Origin: Acholeplasma sp.
GTDB taxonomy: Bacteria > Bacillota_I > Bacilli_A > Acholeplasmatales > UBA5453
Length of the DNA: 64,000 nt
Direction: 5' to 3'
Assembly: GCA_036677365.1 (NCBI GenBank)
Contig: JAVBWN010000021.1
Span: 1-64,000 of the forward strand
This document shows, in pieces, positions 18,061 through 28,051 of the stretch. Both the position numbers and the translations under genes were made by a program. Under the pieces are notes generated by a model. It was not told where the DNA came from and did no database searches. It saw only the letters and a list, made by a program, of their open reading frames with translations. Every line of letters begins with the position of its first letter. Within the stretch, counting starts at the first letter, position 1.

Positions 18061-19332
18061 ATGGAAGAGTATCGATTGCATAAACACATTCTATGTATAG
18101 ACTTGAAAAGTTTCTACGCATCCGTTGAATGCAGTTTGAGGGGACTTGACCCATTCAAAACGCCCTTGGTGGTCGCCGATAAATCCAGAGGCAAAGGGGC
18201 CATCACATTGGCTGTCACCCCATTTTTAAAAAAACTGGGCATCCCTAGCCGTTGTCGAATTTATGATATCCCAGAAAACCTACGTGATAAAATCATTTTT
18301 GCTAGACCACAAATGAAAACGTATATGGAGTATTCCATGAAGATTGTTGAAATTTATCTATCTTTCATTGCTGAGGAAGATTTGTATGTCTACTCAGTGG
18401 ATGAAGCCTTCTTAGATGTCACCACGTATTTGAGTTTCTATCAAATGACTGAAGTCGAACTTGCGAAAAAGATTGTCGACAAGATCATGAGTGAATTGCA
18501 TTTGCCATCGAGTTGTGGGATTGGACCCAATATGATTATGGCGAAAATGGCCCTCGATATCGATTCTAAAAAAGCGAAAGATTCGATTGCAAAATGGACA
18601 TACGAAGATATCCCAACGAAGCTATGGCCTGTCAAGCCCATCTCTGAAATGTGGGGGATAGGTCATCGTATGGAACACCATTTAAACCTTTTAGGTTTAG
18701 AGACGATTGGCGATATTGCAAGGTATGACAAAAACCTTTTAAAGCGAAAATTTGGTGTCATTGGCGAAGAATTGTGGTACCACACCCATGGCATCGATAT
18801 GAGCATCTTACAGGATAAAAATAAGCTTCGTGCTCAAAACAAGAGCTATGGACATTCTCAAATTTTATTTAGAAACTACTATGCGCCAGAGATTTATACC
18901 ATCATCCTAGAAATGGCCGATGAGGTCACAAGACGATTACGGATTGGTAGAAAAAAATGTCGCGTCATTCACTTTGGTGCAGGTTATTCTAAAGACAATC
19001 ATGGTGGGTTGCATAAACAAGTAACCCTGGATAGACCGACGTCCAGTTTTAAATTAATTTATGATACGTGTATCGACATTTTCAACGAACAGTATGATGG
19101 TAGTCCTGTGAGGTCAATTGGCATTTCACTTGGAGGCTTGACTGAATCAGAAACACATCAATTCAGTTTGTTTGAGGATTTGGAACGGGATGAAAACGAG
19201 TATCAGCTATTGGCCTCTGTGGATGAAATCAAATATCGTTATGGTAAAAACGCTGTGAACCGTGGCTCATCTTTAAACAAAGAATCCACCATCCGTGACC
19301 GAAATACGTTTGTTGGAGGTCATCATGAGTAA
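18061..19332 (+). CDS. Y-family DNA polymerase (UmuC/UvrX/YqjW-like)
   Basis: CIDLKSFYASVEC, YSVDEAFLD, GIGPN...AK.ALD..SK, MWGIG, Q.SLF clamp-binding motif. Confidence 0.93.
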   Translation: MEEYRLHKHILCIDLKSFYASVECSLRGLDPFKTPLVVADKSRGKGAITLAVTPFLKKLGIPSRCRIYDIPENLRDKIIFARPQMKTYMEYSMKIVEIYLSFIAEEDLYVYSVDEAFLDVTTYLSFYQMTEVELAKKIVDKIMSELHLPSSCGIGPNMIMAKMALDIDSKKAKDSIAKWTYEDIPTKLWPVKPISEMWGIGHRMEHHLNLLGLETIGDIARYDKNLLKRKFGVIGEELWYHTHGIDMSILQDKNKLRAQNKSYGHSQILFRNYYAPEIYTIILEMADEVTRRLRIGRKKCRVIHFGAGYSKDNHGGLHKQVTLDRPTSSFKLIYDTCIDIFNEQYDGSPVRSIGISLGGLTESETHQFSLFEDLERDENEYQLLASVDEIKYRYGKNAVNRGSSLNKESTIRDRNTFVGGHHE

Positions 19333-19657
19333 ATATGTGGATCGTGGCATCATCAAATGGTCACCATTCGATGGTTTAGCTGGATTCAATGATATGTTCA
19401 CGGAACTCAGAAACCGTTTGACTCGAATGGACAAACCCGTATTGTTGGATGACCGATTAGAAGAACTCGACGAGGCGCTCCAAAAAGCACTTAAAAACGA
19501 TACCCGTGTACTGATTGAATACTTTTACGATGGACACATCCGCTATACAGAAGGGACTATCTTGAAAATCGATAGCATACACAAGAAAGTACTGATGGAA
19601 ACCAAGCAGAGCCTACCCATCCAAGACATTTTGAATATCCACGAAATACAAGCTTAA
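19325..19657 (+). CDS. YolD-like protein
   Basis: GGAGGT RBS before ATG 19325; DRGIIKW.PF motif; coupled to the Y-family polymerase gene. Confidence 0.85.
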   Translation: MSKYVDRGIIKWSPFDGLAGFNDMFTELRNRLTRMDKPVLLDDRLEELDEALQKALKNDTRVLIEYFYDGHIRYTEGTILKIDSIHKKVLMETKQSLPIQDILNIHEIQA

Positions 19658-19735
19658 CCGGCTTGTATTTCTTTTTGAGGTTTACAAATGGTAGAGATGA
19701 GCGTATAATAACACTTAAATATTTAGAGGTAAACC

Positions 19736-20560
19736 ATGAAAAAAATCGCCATCCTTGGCCCCAAAAACACGTATTCAGATGTGGCTGCCAAGGTCTATCA
19801 AAACCAACAAGAAATACCATATGAAATCATTTATAAAAAGCAAATCAGTGATGTGATACAAGCCATATCCGAGGATACCATAGGGATCATTCCCATCGAA
19901 AACACACTCGAAGGATACGTTCAACAGCACCTAGATTACGTGTTAATGCATGCCAAGGCATGGATTTCATCGGAATTGAGATTGCAAGTATCGTTCGCGT
20001 GCATCAGTCATCGCCCCATAGAAGATGTAAAAACGGTGTATGTTCAATACGCGACTAAAAATCAATGTTTAAAGTTTATGGCGACACTGGATGAACAAGA
20101 TGTCGTCATCACGGAGAGCAACACACAATCTTATGAACGTTACCTGCAAGATTCAAACAGTGCTGTCATCATCCCCAATCACATTTATACGCCAGGCATG
20201 GCACCATTTGAAATTGAAAATGTGACCGATGAATTACAAAACGAAACACGATTTTTCGTGATTGAGAATCAAAAGCATGTTTTTAAAAACCATGAAGACT
20301 ACAAAATGGCGATGGTATTCACACCAACGATAGACCGACCAGGGTTGTTATTATCCATCATAGAAGCATTCGCAAACGCACAAATCAACTTGATTTCTAT
20401 CATGTCTAGACCAACCAAAAAAGCCATGGGAACTTATCATTTCTTCATTGAACTTGAGTGTAAAAACAGCCAAATTGAACACATCGAAACCATCCTAGAC
20501 AAGTTATCTAAACACATGAGTATTCGACTTTTAGGTGTTTTTATTGACCAGTCACTGTAA
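19736..20560 (+). CDS. pheA: Prephenate dehydratase with ACT domain
   Basis: LGPKNTYS, PIENTLEG, NETRF, DRPG.L, NL.SI.SRP. Confidence 0.88.
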   Translation: MKKIAILGPKNTYSDVAAKVYQNQQEIPYEIIYKKQISDVIQAISEDTIGIIPIENTLEGYVQQHLDYVLMHAKAWISSELRLQVSFACISHRPIEDVKTVYVQYATKNQCLKFMATLDEQDVVITESNTQSYERYLQDSNSAVIIPNHIYTPGMAPFEIENVTDELQNETRFFVIENQKHVFKNHEDYKMAMVFTPTIDRPGLLLSIIEAFANAQINLISIMSRPTKKAMGTYHFFIELECKNSQIEHIETILDKLSKHMSIRLLGVFIDQSL

Positions 20561-20670
20561 TATCAAATCACATACGTAGTATGTGTTCTTAAAATATGGT
20601 AATCATACGCATATTTTAAGAGTTAAATATCATTATAGCATGCATATTATTTTATACTAATTTTTACAAT

Positions 20671-20702
20671 AAAAAAGAGGCGATGTGTCAAACATCGTCT
20701 CT
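20671..20702 (-). terminator. Intrinsic terminator of the lemA-TPM operon
   Basis: AGAGGCGATGT/ACATCGTCTCT stem preceded by an A run (T run on the minus strand). Confidence 0.7.
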
Positions 20703-20708
20703 ATTATT

Positions 20709-21488
20709 TTATATACCACGACCACCGCTGCCGCCACCGCCGCCACGGATCTTGATGACTGTAAATCCACCACCAAAACCAAGCAGTACAACAATCAAAG
20801 CAATCCCCCAACCTGAACCTATGTTGAGTCCGTTTAATGATAATAAACCGAGGATGAGGCTGAATATATCTGTGGTTCCTGTATTTTCTGGCACGTAGGG
20901 TGCATCCATCATTTGTTCATAGAATAATTCCATATCGTAATCGATGGGTGTTTCACCGTATACTTCTGTATATAAGAGATTGAGCATTTCATACTGGAAA
21001 TGCATCAGTTTCATATCGATGATACCGTAATGGATGTCAGCGTAAAGATAATCATCACGCATCATATTCATTTCGGTCGGTGTTAAATATTCTTCCAAAC
21101 CATACCCAGGTTCCATTTGGACTTCGAGGATGTCTTGATAGGTTATATCGTCTTCAACGTACTCGGTGATGAATAACAATACCAATAGTCCCATGTCGGT
21201 GTCTTTATTGCCTGGTGCCCATTGTTCAAAAATTTCTACGCGGTCATAGTTGGCAATCTCACTGGCGTCTTTGACCAAAAAGGTAGCGTATACGATTTGA
21301 ATGTCACCATACTCTTCATATAAGTATCGATTTTGGGCTGTTATACGCCTTTCTGTGTATTGCATCAACGCGTCTGCGTAATCATTCACATAATAACGAA
21401 ACGTTGGATCTGGGTATTTGTTTTGCTTACAGGAAACCAGGAATAGACTGAAAGCTGCGATGAATAGCCATTTCCAAAGGCGTTTCAT
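20709..21488 (-). CDS. TPM-domain (DUF477/YgcG-like) lipoprotein
   Basis: Lipobox LVSC; YVND.A, W.PG....D.G.L.L, E.GYGLE..L; C-terminal TM and Gly-rich GGGGGSGG.G tail; downstream of lemA. Confidence 0.8.
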   Translation of the reverse strand: MKRLWKWLFIAAFSLFLVSCKQNKYPDPTFRYYVNDYADALMQYTERRITAQNRYLYEEYGDIQIVYATFLVKDASEIANYDRVEIFEQWAPGNKDTDMGLLVLLFITEYVEDDITYQDILEVQMEPGYGLEEYLTPTEMNMMRDDYLYADIHYGIIDMKLMHFQYEMLNLLYTEVYGETPIDYDMELFYEQMMDAPYVPENTGTTDIFSLILGLLSLNGLNIGSGWGIALIVVLLGFGGGFTVIKIRGGGGGSGGRGI

Positions 21489-21490
21489 CC

Positions 21491-22081
21491 TTAATCACCA
21501 AAATTGATGTCAGGTACTTCGCCAGCCCCGTCATTGATTTTCCAATACGTTTTGCTTGTATCAAAATCAAACATTTGAACAAATAGTATTCTAGGAAATT
21601 GACGTGCGGAACGGTTATAGGTTTCAACCGCTTCATTGTATCTCAAGCGTGCTGTGCTCAGTGCGGATTCCATCGAGCTGATTTCAATCATTAAACTGAT
21701 GTAAACTTGACTGGATTTAATTTCTGGATTGTCTTCAACAATGGCCAACAATGCATTGATGGCTTGAATCTCTAAAGCGTCAGCCTCAGCCATACCGTCA
21801 GCGTCACCTGCAACTTTCGCAGCCGCATATGAAGCACGTGCGTTGGTAATCATGGTATAAATCGATTGTTCAACGGTTGTATAACCCTCAACCACATCCA
21901 CCAATTGATCAATCTTATCTTTTCTTTCTTGTAATCGATTATCGACTTGAGCCATTTTACCATTGATCGATTCATCTAAATCGACCAAACGGTTATAACC
22001 CACCATTAGGGTGATCCCTGTGATGAGGATGAGGAGACTGACAAACCCCGCTAAACCCAAAACAATGCCTTTTGATCCCAT
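21491..22081 (-). CDS. lemA: LemA family protein
   Basis: N-terminal TM, YNRLV.L.E, Q.R.D....LV..V.GY, E..PE.K, AR.RYN.AV..YN....FP. Confidence 0.9.
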   Translation of the reverse strand: MGSKGIVLGLAGFVSLLILITGITLMVGYNRLVDLDESINGKMAQVDNRLQERKDKIDQLVDVVEGYTTVEQSIYTMITNARASYAAAKVAGDADGMAEADALEIQAINALLAIVEDNPEIKSSQVYISLMIEISSMESALSTARLRYNEAVETYNRSARQFPRILFVQMFDFDTSKTYWKINDGAGEVPDINFGD

Positions 22082-22226
22082 GTATTATCCCTCCCATGTG
22101 ATAACAAATTTTTATTCATTATACATCGAGTTTTTTACTTTATCAAACGATTAGAAGAAGATTGTCCGTAAAAATAAAAAAAATCTTAAAAATGGACTAA
22201 GATAGAAAAAAAATAGCCTTTTTCGG

Positions 22227-24311
22227 CTATTTTGATTTGTTTTTTTGAAGAACAAGAATTTTAACTTCACCAGCACCCATGAAGAAGTAAGGGTTTTGGT
22301 TTTCATCGAACTCATAGAACATTCTTGGACCCGCTTCATGCATCGCATACAAGATACGACCCTCATTTTGACTGAGTTCAAAACGTTTACGAAGGGGTCT
22401 TAAATCGACTTTAACATGTTGTGCATCGAATGGGTTCGCATTACCAACGACGAGTAAAATTTCATCTTTTGCTTCATAGGCAAATCCAACAGGGTTATAC
22501 CCTTCTAGGAAAGAAACAGGGATGTAGTTTTTCTTATCAGTGATGACATTGAGATATTTCTTACGAATCGGTTTGACTCTGGCAAGATTATCCGGGATGT
22601 CGTTATGCATGTGATTGAGGTAATGCAGTGCAAACTTGTCAAATAAAGCTAACTTCATATAGAATGGATCTTCTGCAGGTAACATGTAAAGTTCATTCGG
22701 TCTTGGGTCAATACCCGTATTCATCGGTTGACGCTCATAGACTTCTTGACCAGAGTTGATGAACGGTACACCATTAGGCATAAACATATTCATCACAGTC
22801 AAAAACTTGGATAGATTTTGGCCACCATCACGTGCAGCAAGTCTTGGGGTATCGTGGGTTTCACCACACGCGAATACCGCACAATCCAAATCTACGCTCT
22901 TGTAATAGAAATGATGAAGTTTACCTTCCCAAATGTGTGGTTGCATCGAGAATCCATTACCAATGATCATGTTATAACCCAAACCTCTAGCAAACTTCGC
23001 GTTATCCACATTGAGTTCTTCAGCAATGAATGCGAAATCTGGATCAACTTCACGTGCAGTTTTGATGATTTGGTTTACCAATTCTTTAGGTAAAGCATGT
23101 CCCATATCAATTCTCGCCCCATCGATACCATAGGTTTTTTGATAGTGTGGAATGATGTTGGCCAATGTATCCCAGAGTTCTTTGTTTGGTTTATGACCAG
23201 GGTATAAATTAGATTTGATGGTATCAAATAAGATATATGGAGCGACATTCTTATTTTCTAGAAATTTAGAGGTTTCGATTGGATGGTCAAGATACATTCT
23301 AAAGAAGGTAACATCGGTCCATGGGGGTTGGATATCGTTGATGTGGTCTGAGAATGCAGGTGCAATCGTTAAACCGAAATATTTGTCCACCAGTTCAAGG
23401 ATCGAACCGCCTTTTCTTGCGTATTCTTTTTTGAGTTTAGCCCACAATTCACTATTTTGAGTTTTCGGATCAAATTGGAAACGACCGATGTGTTCTAAGA
23501 CTTTTTTACTCTTATAAACTGTCGGCATGAATTTCATGGTAGGTGAAACGGTACGGTCATTGATTTCATCGACATAAGGTGGATTGTAAATAGCCAAATC
23601 GGATGATTTAATCCAATAGAACCAATCTGGATGATCAATGATGAGGTCACTTTCGGTGGCGTTTGTACGAGGGATGATGTCGATCATCACACGCATACCA
23701 AGGGTATGAGCCGCTTCAACCAAGGCTTGAAATTGGTCATCTAAAGATAAAGCATCCCCTACCATCGGGTCAGCTAAGCTAGGGTCTAATTCAAAGAAGT
23801 TTGAAACACCATAAGGTGAACCCAATTCGCCTTTTTTATTCTTTAATGAGAATTTAGAAATTGGGAGTAAATAAATCGCATCGACACCCATCTTGTCTAA
23901 AAGTGGCAGTAGAGCCAATGTTTTGATGAATGTACCTGTTTCTTTCAAATGATAGATGTTATTTTCATCGACATAACCATTACGGTCATGGTCCCAAGTC
24001 GTCGACGTACGAATCATCATGGAATACACAGTGGATTTTAAAATCCAGTCGCCACCCATTTTCTTTTTCGCAATCTTCGAACCTTTGAGCTGAGACAAGG
24101 ATGCCACTTCATGGCTTTCATAATGCTTAAGTAAGACTTGATCGATTAAATCGACCATAAAATCATAGGGATTCACCAAGTGTTCCCCATTATTCAAAAT
24201 CGATAGTGACTCGTGACCAAACAAATTAAACATTTCAGGTATTGCATAATTGAGTGGATAGTTTGGTTTATTGTTCACCAACGCTTCGCGTAGTTTTAAT
24301 AGTTTTGACAT
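22227..24311 (-). CDS. GH13 alpha-amylase family protein, maltodextrin glycosyltransferase-like
   Basis: YLLP, GSPY, DIIPRT, catalytic regions GARIDMGH, IAEEL, ETHDTPR, NSGQE. Confidence 0.82.
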   Translation of the reverse strand: MSKLLKLREALVNNKPNYPLNYAIPEMFNLFGHESLSILNNGEHLVNPYDFMVDLIDQVLLKHYESHEVASLSQLKGSKIAKKKMGGDWILKSTVYSMMIRTSTTWDHDRNGYVDENNIYHLKETGTFIKTLALLPLLDKMGVDAIYLLPISKFSLKNKKGELGSPYGVSNFFELDPSLADPMVGDALSLDDQFQALVEAAHTLGMRVMIDIIPRTNATESDLIIDHPDWFYWIKSSDLAIYNPPYVDEINDRTVSPTMKFMPTVYKSKKVLEHIGRFQFDPKTQNSELWAKLKKEYARKGGSILELVDKYFGLTIAPAFSDHINDIQPPWTDVTFFRMYLDHPIETSKFLENKNVAPYILFDTIKSNLYPGHKPNKELWDTLANIIPHYQKTYGIDGARIDMGHALPKELVNQIIKTAREVDPDFAFIAEELNVDNAKFARGLGYNMIIGNGFSMQPHIWEGKLHHFYYKSVDLDCAVFACGETHDTPRLAARDGGQNLSKFLTVMNMFMPNGVPFINSGQEVYERQPMNTGIDPRPNELYMLPAEDPFYMKLALFDKFALHYLNHMHNDIPDNLARVKPIRKKYLNVITDKKNYIPVSFLEGYNPVGFAYEAKDEILLVVGNANPFDAQHVKVDLRPLRKRFELSQNEGRILYAMHEAGPRMFYEFDENQNPYFFMGAGEVKILVLQKNKSK

Positions 24312-24383
24312 ATAGTATCCTCACTTTACCATACTTCATTATAGCATGGCTCTGGGTCATTTAACATTGTTAAGCGAAAAAGA

Positions 24384-24397
24384 AGTAAGCGTTTACA
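24384..24397 (-). promoter_or_regulatory. cre-like (CcpA/LacI-family) operator upstream of the GH13 gene
   Basis: Minus strand TGTAAACGCTTACT matches 13 of 14 positions of TGWAANCGNTNWCA. Confidence 0.6.
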
Positions 24398-24410
24398 CAT
24401 AGAATCCATC

Positions 24411-24434
24411 AAAAAAGATGGCGAACCATCTCTT
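24411..24434 (-). terminator. Intrinsic terminator after gpmI
   Basis: AGATGG-CGAA-CCATCT hairpin preceded by an A run. Confidence 0.65.
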
Positions 24435-25969
24435 TATTTGACGATTAAGGATTTTCCTGTCATTTCTTCGGGTTGTGCTACACCTAAAAGGTCTAACATG
24501 GTTGGTGCGACATCACACAATGCGCCACCATTTCGAAGTGTTAATCCTTTTTTAGTGATGACCACAGGCACGAGGTTTGTGGTATGTGCGGTGTGGGGTT
24601 TGCCGAATTCATCGCGCATTTTTTCTGCGTTACCATGGTCAGCCAAGACGATGGCAGTCCCACCAATTTGTTCAATGGCTTTTAAGACTTTACCTAAACA
24701 GACATCCACAGCTTCAACCGCTTTGGTGGTTGCTTCAATAGAACCGGTATGTCCAACCATATCTGGGTTAGCAAAATTGAGTACCATCGTGTCATAATGG
24801 TTGGTCAACAAAGCCTCAACGACTTTGTCGGTCAATTCATAAGCACTCATTTCAGGTTTTAAATCGTAGGTAGGTACTTTTGGTGAAGGGACTAAAATTC
24901 GGGTAGCACCTTTAAGTTCATAGTCTGCACCCCCGTCAAAGAAGAAGGTCACGTGTGCATACTTTTCAGTTTCTGCAGCTCTCAATTGATTTAAACCTGC
25001 GTTTGCGATCACTTGACCATAAATATTCTTTAAATCGTTGAGTTCGAATGCAATTGGACCTTTGACGGTATAAGCATAGTGCATCATAGAAACAAAGAAA
25101 ATATTGTTTGGGATATGCGACGCATCGAAGGTTGCTTTGCCTTCTGAATAGTATTTGGATACTTCCGATGGGTTAGAGAACGCGGTTGCGATACGAATGG
25201 CTCTGTCTGGGCGGAAATTGGCGAAAATAATCGCGTCATTGTCCTCAATTAAACCTTTTTTATTGACGATGAATGGGATGACGAACTCATCGGTAACACC
25301 ACTGGCATAGGATTCTTCAATACCACAAATTGGGCAATCTTTTTCTTCGCCTTTACCGATGGTCATGGCATCTACCGATTTTTGAAGTCTGTCCCAGTTG
25401 TTATCGCGGTCCATCGCATAATAACGGCCATGGACAGTGGCGATACGCGCACCCGCTTCAATCAATTCTTTAACAAATGCCAAACCAGATGTTTGAGGGG
25501 TATCTCTACCATCTAAGAACGCATGATAATATGTTTTTTGTTCTAAACCATGGGTTTTAGCTAATTCGAGTAAAGCCATGATGTGTTTGGAAGAAGAGTG
25601 GACGCCGCCATCGCCTGCCAAACCGAAGATGTGTAATTTTGAATTGTGTTTTTTAGCATGTGCAATCGCATCTAAGAAAGCTTGGTTTTGGAAAAAGGAA
25701 CCATCTTTAATCGCGACATTGACACGGGTCAAGGATTGATAAACGACACGTCCAGCCCCTAAATTTAAGTGACCAACTTCACTGTTACCCATTTGTCCTT
25801 CAGGTAACCCAACGGCTTCTTCAGACGCTTGAAGTGTGCTGTTTGGATAGTTTGCTAAAAGTGCATCCAAATTTGGTTTATTGGCAAGTGTGACTGAATT
25901 GGAGTCGCTTGCTGGGGCTAAACCTTGCCCATCTAAAATGATTAAACCAACGAATTTTTTTGTACTCAT
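24434..25969 (-). CDS. gpmI: 2,3-bisphosphoglycerate-independent phosphoglycerate mutase
   Basis: IILDG, GQMGNSEVGH, GRYYAMDRD, NFRPDRA, AETEKYAHVTFFFDGG, NPDMVGHTG, ADHGNAE. Confidence 0.97.
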   Translation of the reverse strand: MSTKKFVGLIILDGQGLAPASDSNSVTLANKPNLDALLANYPNSTLQASEEAVGLPEGQMGNSEVGHLNLGAGRVVYQSLTRVNVAIKDGSFFQNQAFLDAIAHAKKHNSKLHIFGLAGDGGVHSSSKHIMALLELAKTHGLEQKTYYHAFLDGRDTPQTSGLAFVKELIEAGARIATVHGRYYAMDRDNNWDRLQKSVDAMTIGKGEEKDCPICGIEESYASGVTDEFVIPFIVNKKGLIEDNDAIIFANFRPDRAIRIATAFSNPSEVSKYYSEGKATFDASHIPNNIFFVSMMHYAYTVKGPIAFELNDLKNIYGQVIANAGLNQLRAAETEKYAHVTFFFDGGADYELKGATRILVPSPKVPTYDLKPEMSAYELTDKVVEALLTNHYDTMVLNFANPDMVGHTGSIEATTKAVEAVDVCLGKVLKAIEQIGGTAIVLADHGNAEKMRDEFGKPHTAHTTNLVPVVITKKGLTLRNGGALCDVAPTMLDLLGVAQPEEMTGKSLIVK

Positions 25970-26171
25970 GAATATGCCTCATTTCTATTTTACCAATGTT
26001 ATTATATACTAATGACCTTCAAAATAAAAATTGAAAGTGTTTACGGATTTATAAAAATCCTAACACACATGAAACTGGCTAAAAATGCGTTCAATTGAGA
26101 TAGGTATAATAATAATTCAAATAAACTATTTATATGAATCATGAACTATGTTATAATTTGCATCGTAAAGG

Positions 26172-26996
26172 ATGATAACCATGACACTCGAACAATTTGT
26201 AAAAAAGCAGATTCAATTTCAAACCATCCGAAGAATTGCAGTCGTGATTGCAGTGGTATCTTCAGTGGGATTATTCTTCAGACAGTTTTGGGTTTTATTA
26301 GTCATTTTAGGCTGTATAGCAGTATACATGAAACTCCAAGAAGACTACACCAAAATGGCACTTGAATTTAAAAAAAATCATTTGAAAGAAGCCATCGAAT
26401 CGCGATACCCCAATATAAAATACGATATGAGTAAAGGGTTCTTACCCATCGATGTGTATGGTTCTAGATTGATTGAACGTGGCGACATTTTTAAAAGTGA
26501 AGACATGCTTCAAGGTAAGATTGGTAACACCCGTTTCAGAACTGCCGATGTGAAGATTCAATTTGAACGGATGTCGCGTAATGGTCGCCAAATCATCACC
26601 AGATTTAGTGGTAAATACTACGAAATTGAACTACCATTTATTGTCAATCAACCCGTTTATATTGTGAACAATGGGGCTGAAAAATTTGGTATCAAATTGG
26701 GCTTACCCAGAATTGATTTTGAATATATTGATTTTAATAATGAAGTCGATGTGTATTCAAATAACAGCGAAGCAGCATTCAAACTCTTAAAACCAAAAGC
26801 GATGGAAACCATTTTGAAATTGCGTCAAAAATATGGTTCTGTGGGATTCGCATTCTTAAACAAAACCATGGTGGTTGCGATGGAAGGTAGAAACAGTTTT
26901 GAATTTTACATTCATAGAAAAATTGATAAACATTTCGTAGAAACCATTGAACAAGAAATGCAAACCTTGATTGATTTAGCCACATCGATGAAGTAA
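26172..26996 (+). CDS. DUF3137-like membrane protein (paralog 1)
   Basis: Two N-terminal TMs; SED..G.I, F.G.YYEIE, E...FN...DVY...........L.P..ME; similar to the next ORF. The start may be ATG 26181. Confidence 0.7.
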   Translation: MITMTLEQFVKKQIQFQTIRRIAVVIAVVSSVGLFFRQFWVLLVILGCIAVYMKLQEDYTKMALEFKKNHLKEAIESRYPNIKYDMSKGFLPIDVYGSRLIERGDIFKSEDMLQGKIGNTRFRTADVKIQFERMSRNGRQIITRFSGKYYEIELPFIVNQPVYIVNNGAEKFGIKLGLPRIDFEYIDFNNEVDVYSNNSEAAFKLLKPKAMETILKLRQKYGSVGFAFLNKTMVVAMEGRNSFEFYIHRKIDKHFVETIEQEMQTLIDLATSMK

Positions 26997-27008
26997 TGAG
27001 GTCATATT

Positions 27009-27833
27009 ATGAACGCACACGAGTATGAAGTAAAAAAAGGTTTATATGAAATTTTGACTGTCCTTGGATTCATATTTTTAGGCATTGGATTCATATTTAT
27101 TACAGTCCAACCAGCGCTTGGGTTTGTATTTTTTATTGGTGGTGGGGCCTTATCGGCTTTGTCATCCATGGCATTTAAGAAACTATCTAATAGATTTAAA
27201 ATAGAGTTTGTAAAAAAAAGTATCGAAGAACTTTACCCCACCACATCATTTCATCCAGAACGAGGGTTTTTACCGGATGAAGTTTACGGCACTTTAGTGT
27301 TAAAAAAAGAAGACCGCTTCTCAAGTGAAGACATGATTGAAGGTAAAATCAGCAATAGACGATTTCGTTGTGCGGATTTGCACTTACAAGATGTCAGAAG
27401 CAATGGCAAATCCACCACGGTCGTCACGGTGTTTAGAGGTCGATTTTATGAAATAGAATTTGAAAAGACGCTTTCGACCCCTGTTTATATCGTTGCCAAT
27501 CAAACCCTATTTACAAGATTTTCAGGGTTTGAAAAAATGGAAATGGAATATGTCGAATTCAATAAAGCATTTGATGTGTTTGGCAAAGACCCACTCGCCA
27601 CATTCCGTTTGATCAAACCACGATTTATGGAACACGTCATGTCCTTGAATAACCGCTACAAAGGGATTCAATTTGGTTTCATTGGCAATAAATTATATGT
27701 CGCCATCAAAAATGGCATCGATACATTTGATTTAAAAATGTTCAAACCGATCGATTTAAGTTACATCGACGAAATCAAAAGAGAGTTTGAAGATATCACC
27801 ATCATGATTGAAACGCTTACAAGCGAATTGTGA
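27009..27833 (+). CDS. DUF3137-like membrane protein (paralog 2)
   Basis: Two TMs; SEDMIEGKI, TVFRGRFY, EFNKAFDVF..D.......KPRFME. Confidence 0.75.
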   Translation: MNAHEYEVKKGLYEILTVLGFIFLGIGFIFITVQPALGFVFFIGGGALSALSSMAFKKLSNRFKIEFVKKSIEELYPTTSFHPERGFLPDEVYGTLVLKKEDRFSSEDMIEGKISNRRFRCADLHLQDVRSNGKSTTVVTVFRGRFYEIEFEKTLSTPVYIVANQTLFTRFSGFEKMEMEYVEFNKAFDVFGKDPLATFRLIKPRFMEHVMSLNNRYKGIQFGFIGNKLYVAIKNGIDTFDLKMFKPIDLSYIDEIKREFEDITIMIETLTSEL

Positions 27834-27862
27834 TTGACTTCTATATTTAAATTTTCTATAAT
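27834..27862 (+). promoter_or_regulatory. Sigma70/SigA promoter for the FMN riboswitch-ribU transcript
   Basis: TTGACT, 17 bp, TATAAT. Confidence 0.85.
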
Positions 27863-27875
27863 GTAGCTGAGTTAA

Positions 27876-27983
27876 TACTTCGGGGCAAGGTGAAATTCCT
27901 TGATCGGCGGTAAAGTCCGCGAACCTTTTTGGTTGAACTGGTGCAATTCCAGTACCGACAGTATAGTCTGGATGGGAGAAGAA
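27876..27983 (+). ncRNA. FMN (RFN) riboswitch
   Basis: CTTCGGGGCAAGGTGAAATTCC...CGGCGGTAAAGTCCGCG...CTGGTGCAATTCCAGTACCGACAGTATAGTCTGGATGGGAGAAG matches the RFN consensus; lies upstream of an ECF S component. Confidence 0.95.
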
Positions 27984-28005
27984 AGAGGTTTTTTAGCCTG
28001 TTTTT

Positions 28006-28034
28006 TGCCGTCACCCTGGAGTGGCGGCATTTTT
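28006..28034 (+). terminator. Expression-platform terminator of the FMN riboswitch
   Basis: TGCCGTCAC/GTGGCGGCA stem plus TTTTT before the ribU RBS. Confidence 0.8.
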
Positions 28035-28051
28035 GTTCATAGGAGGATAAT

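Noticed and set aside
20625..20665. Possible dif site between convergent genes
   Set aside because: Only a weak match to the XerD arm, no XerC arm, and no switch in gene orientation bias.
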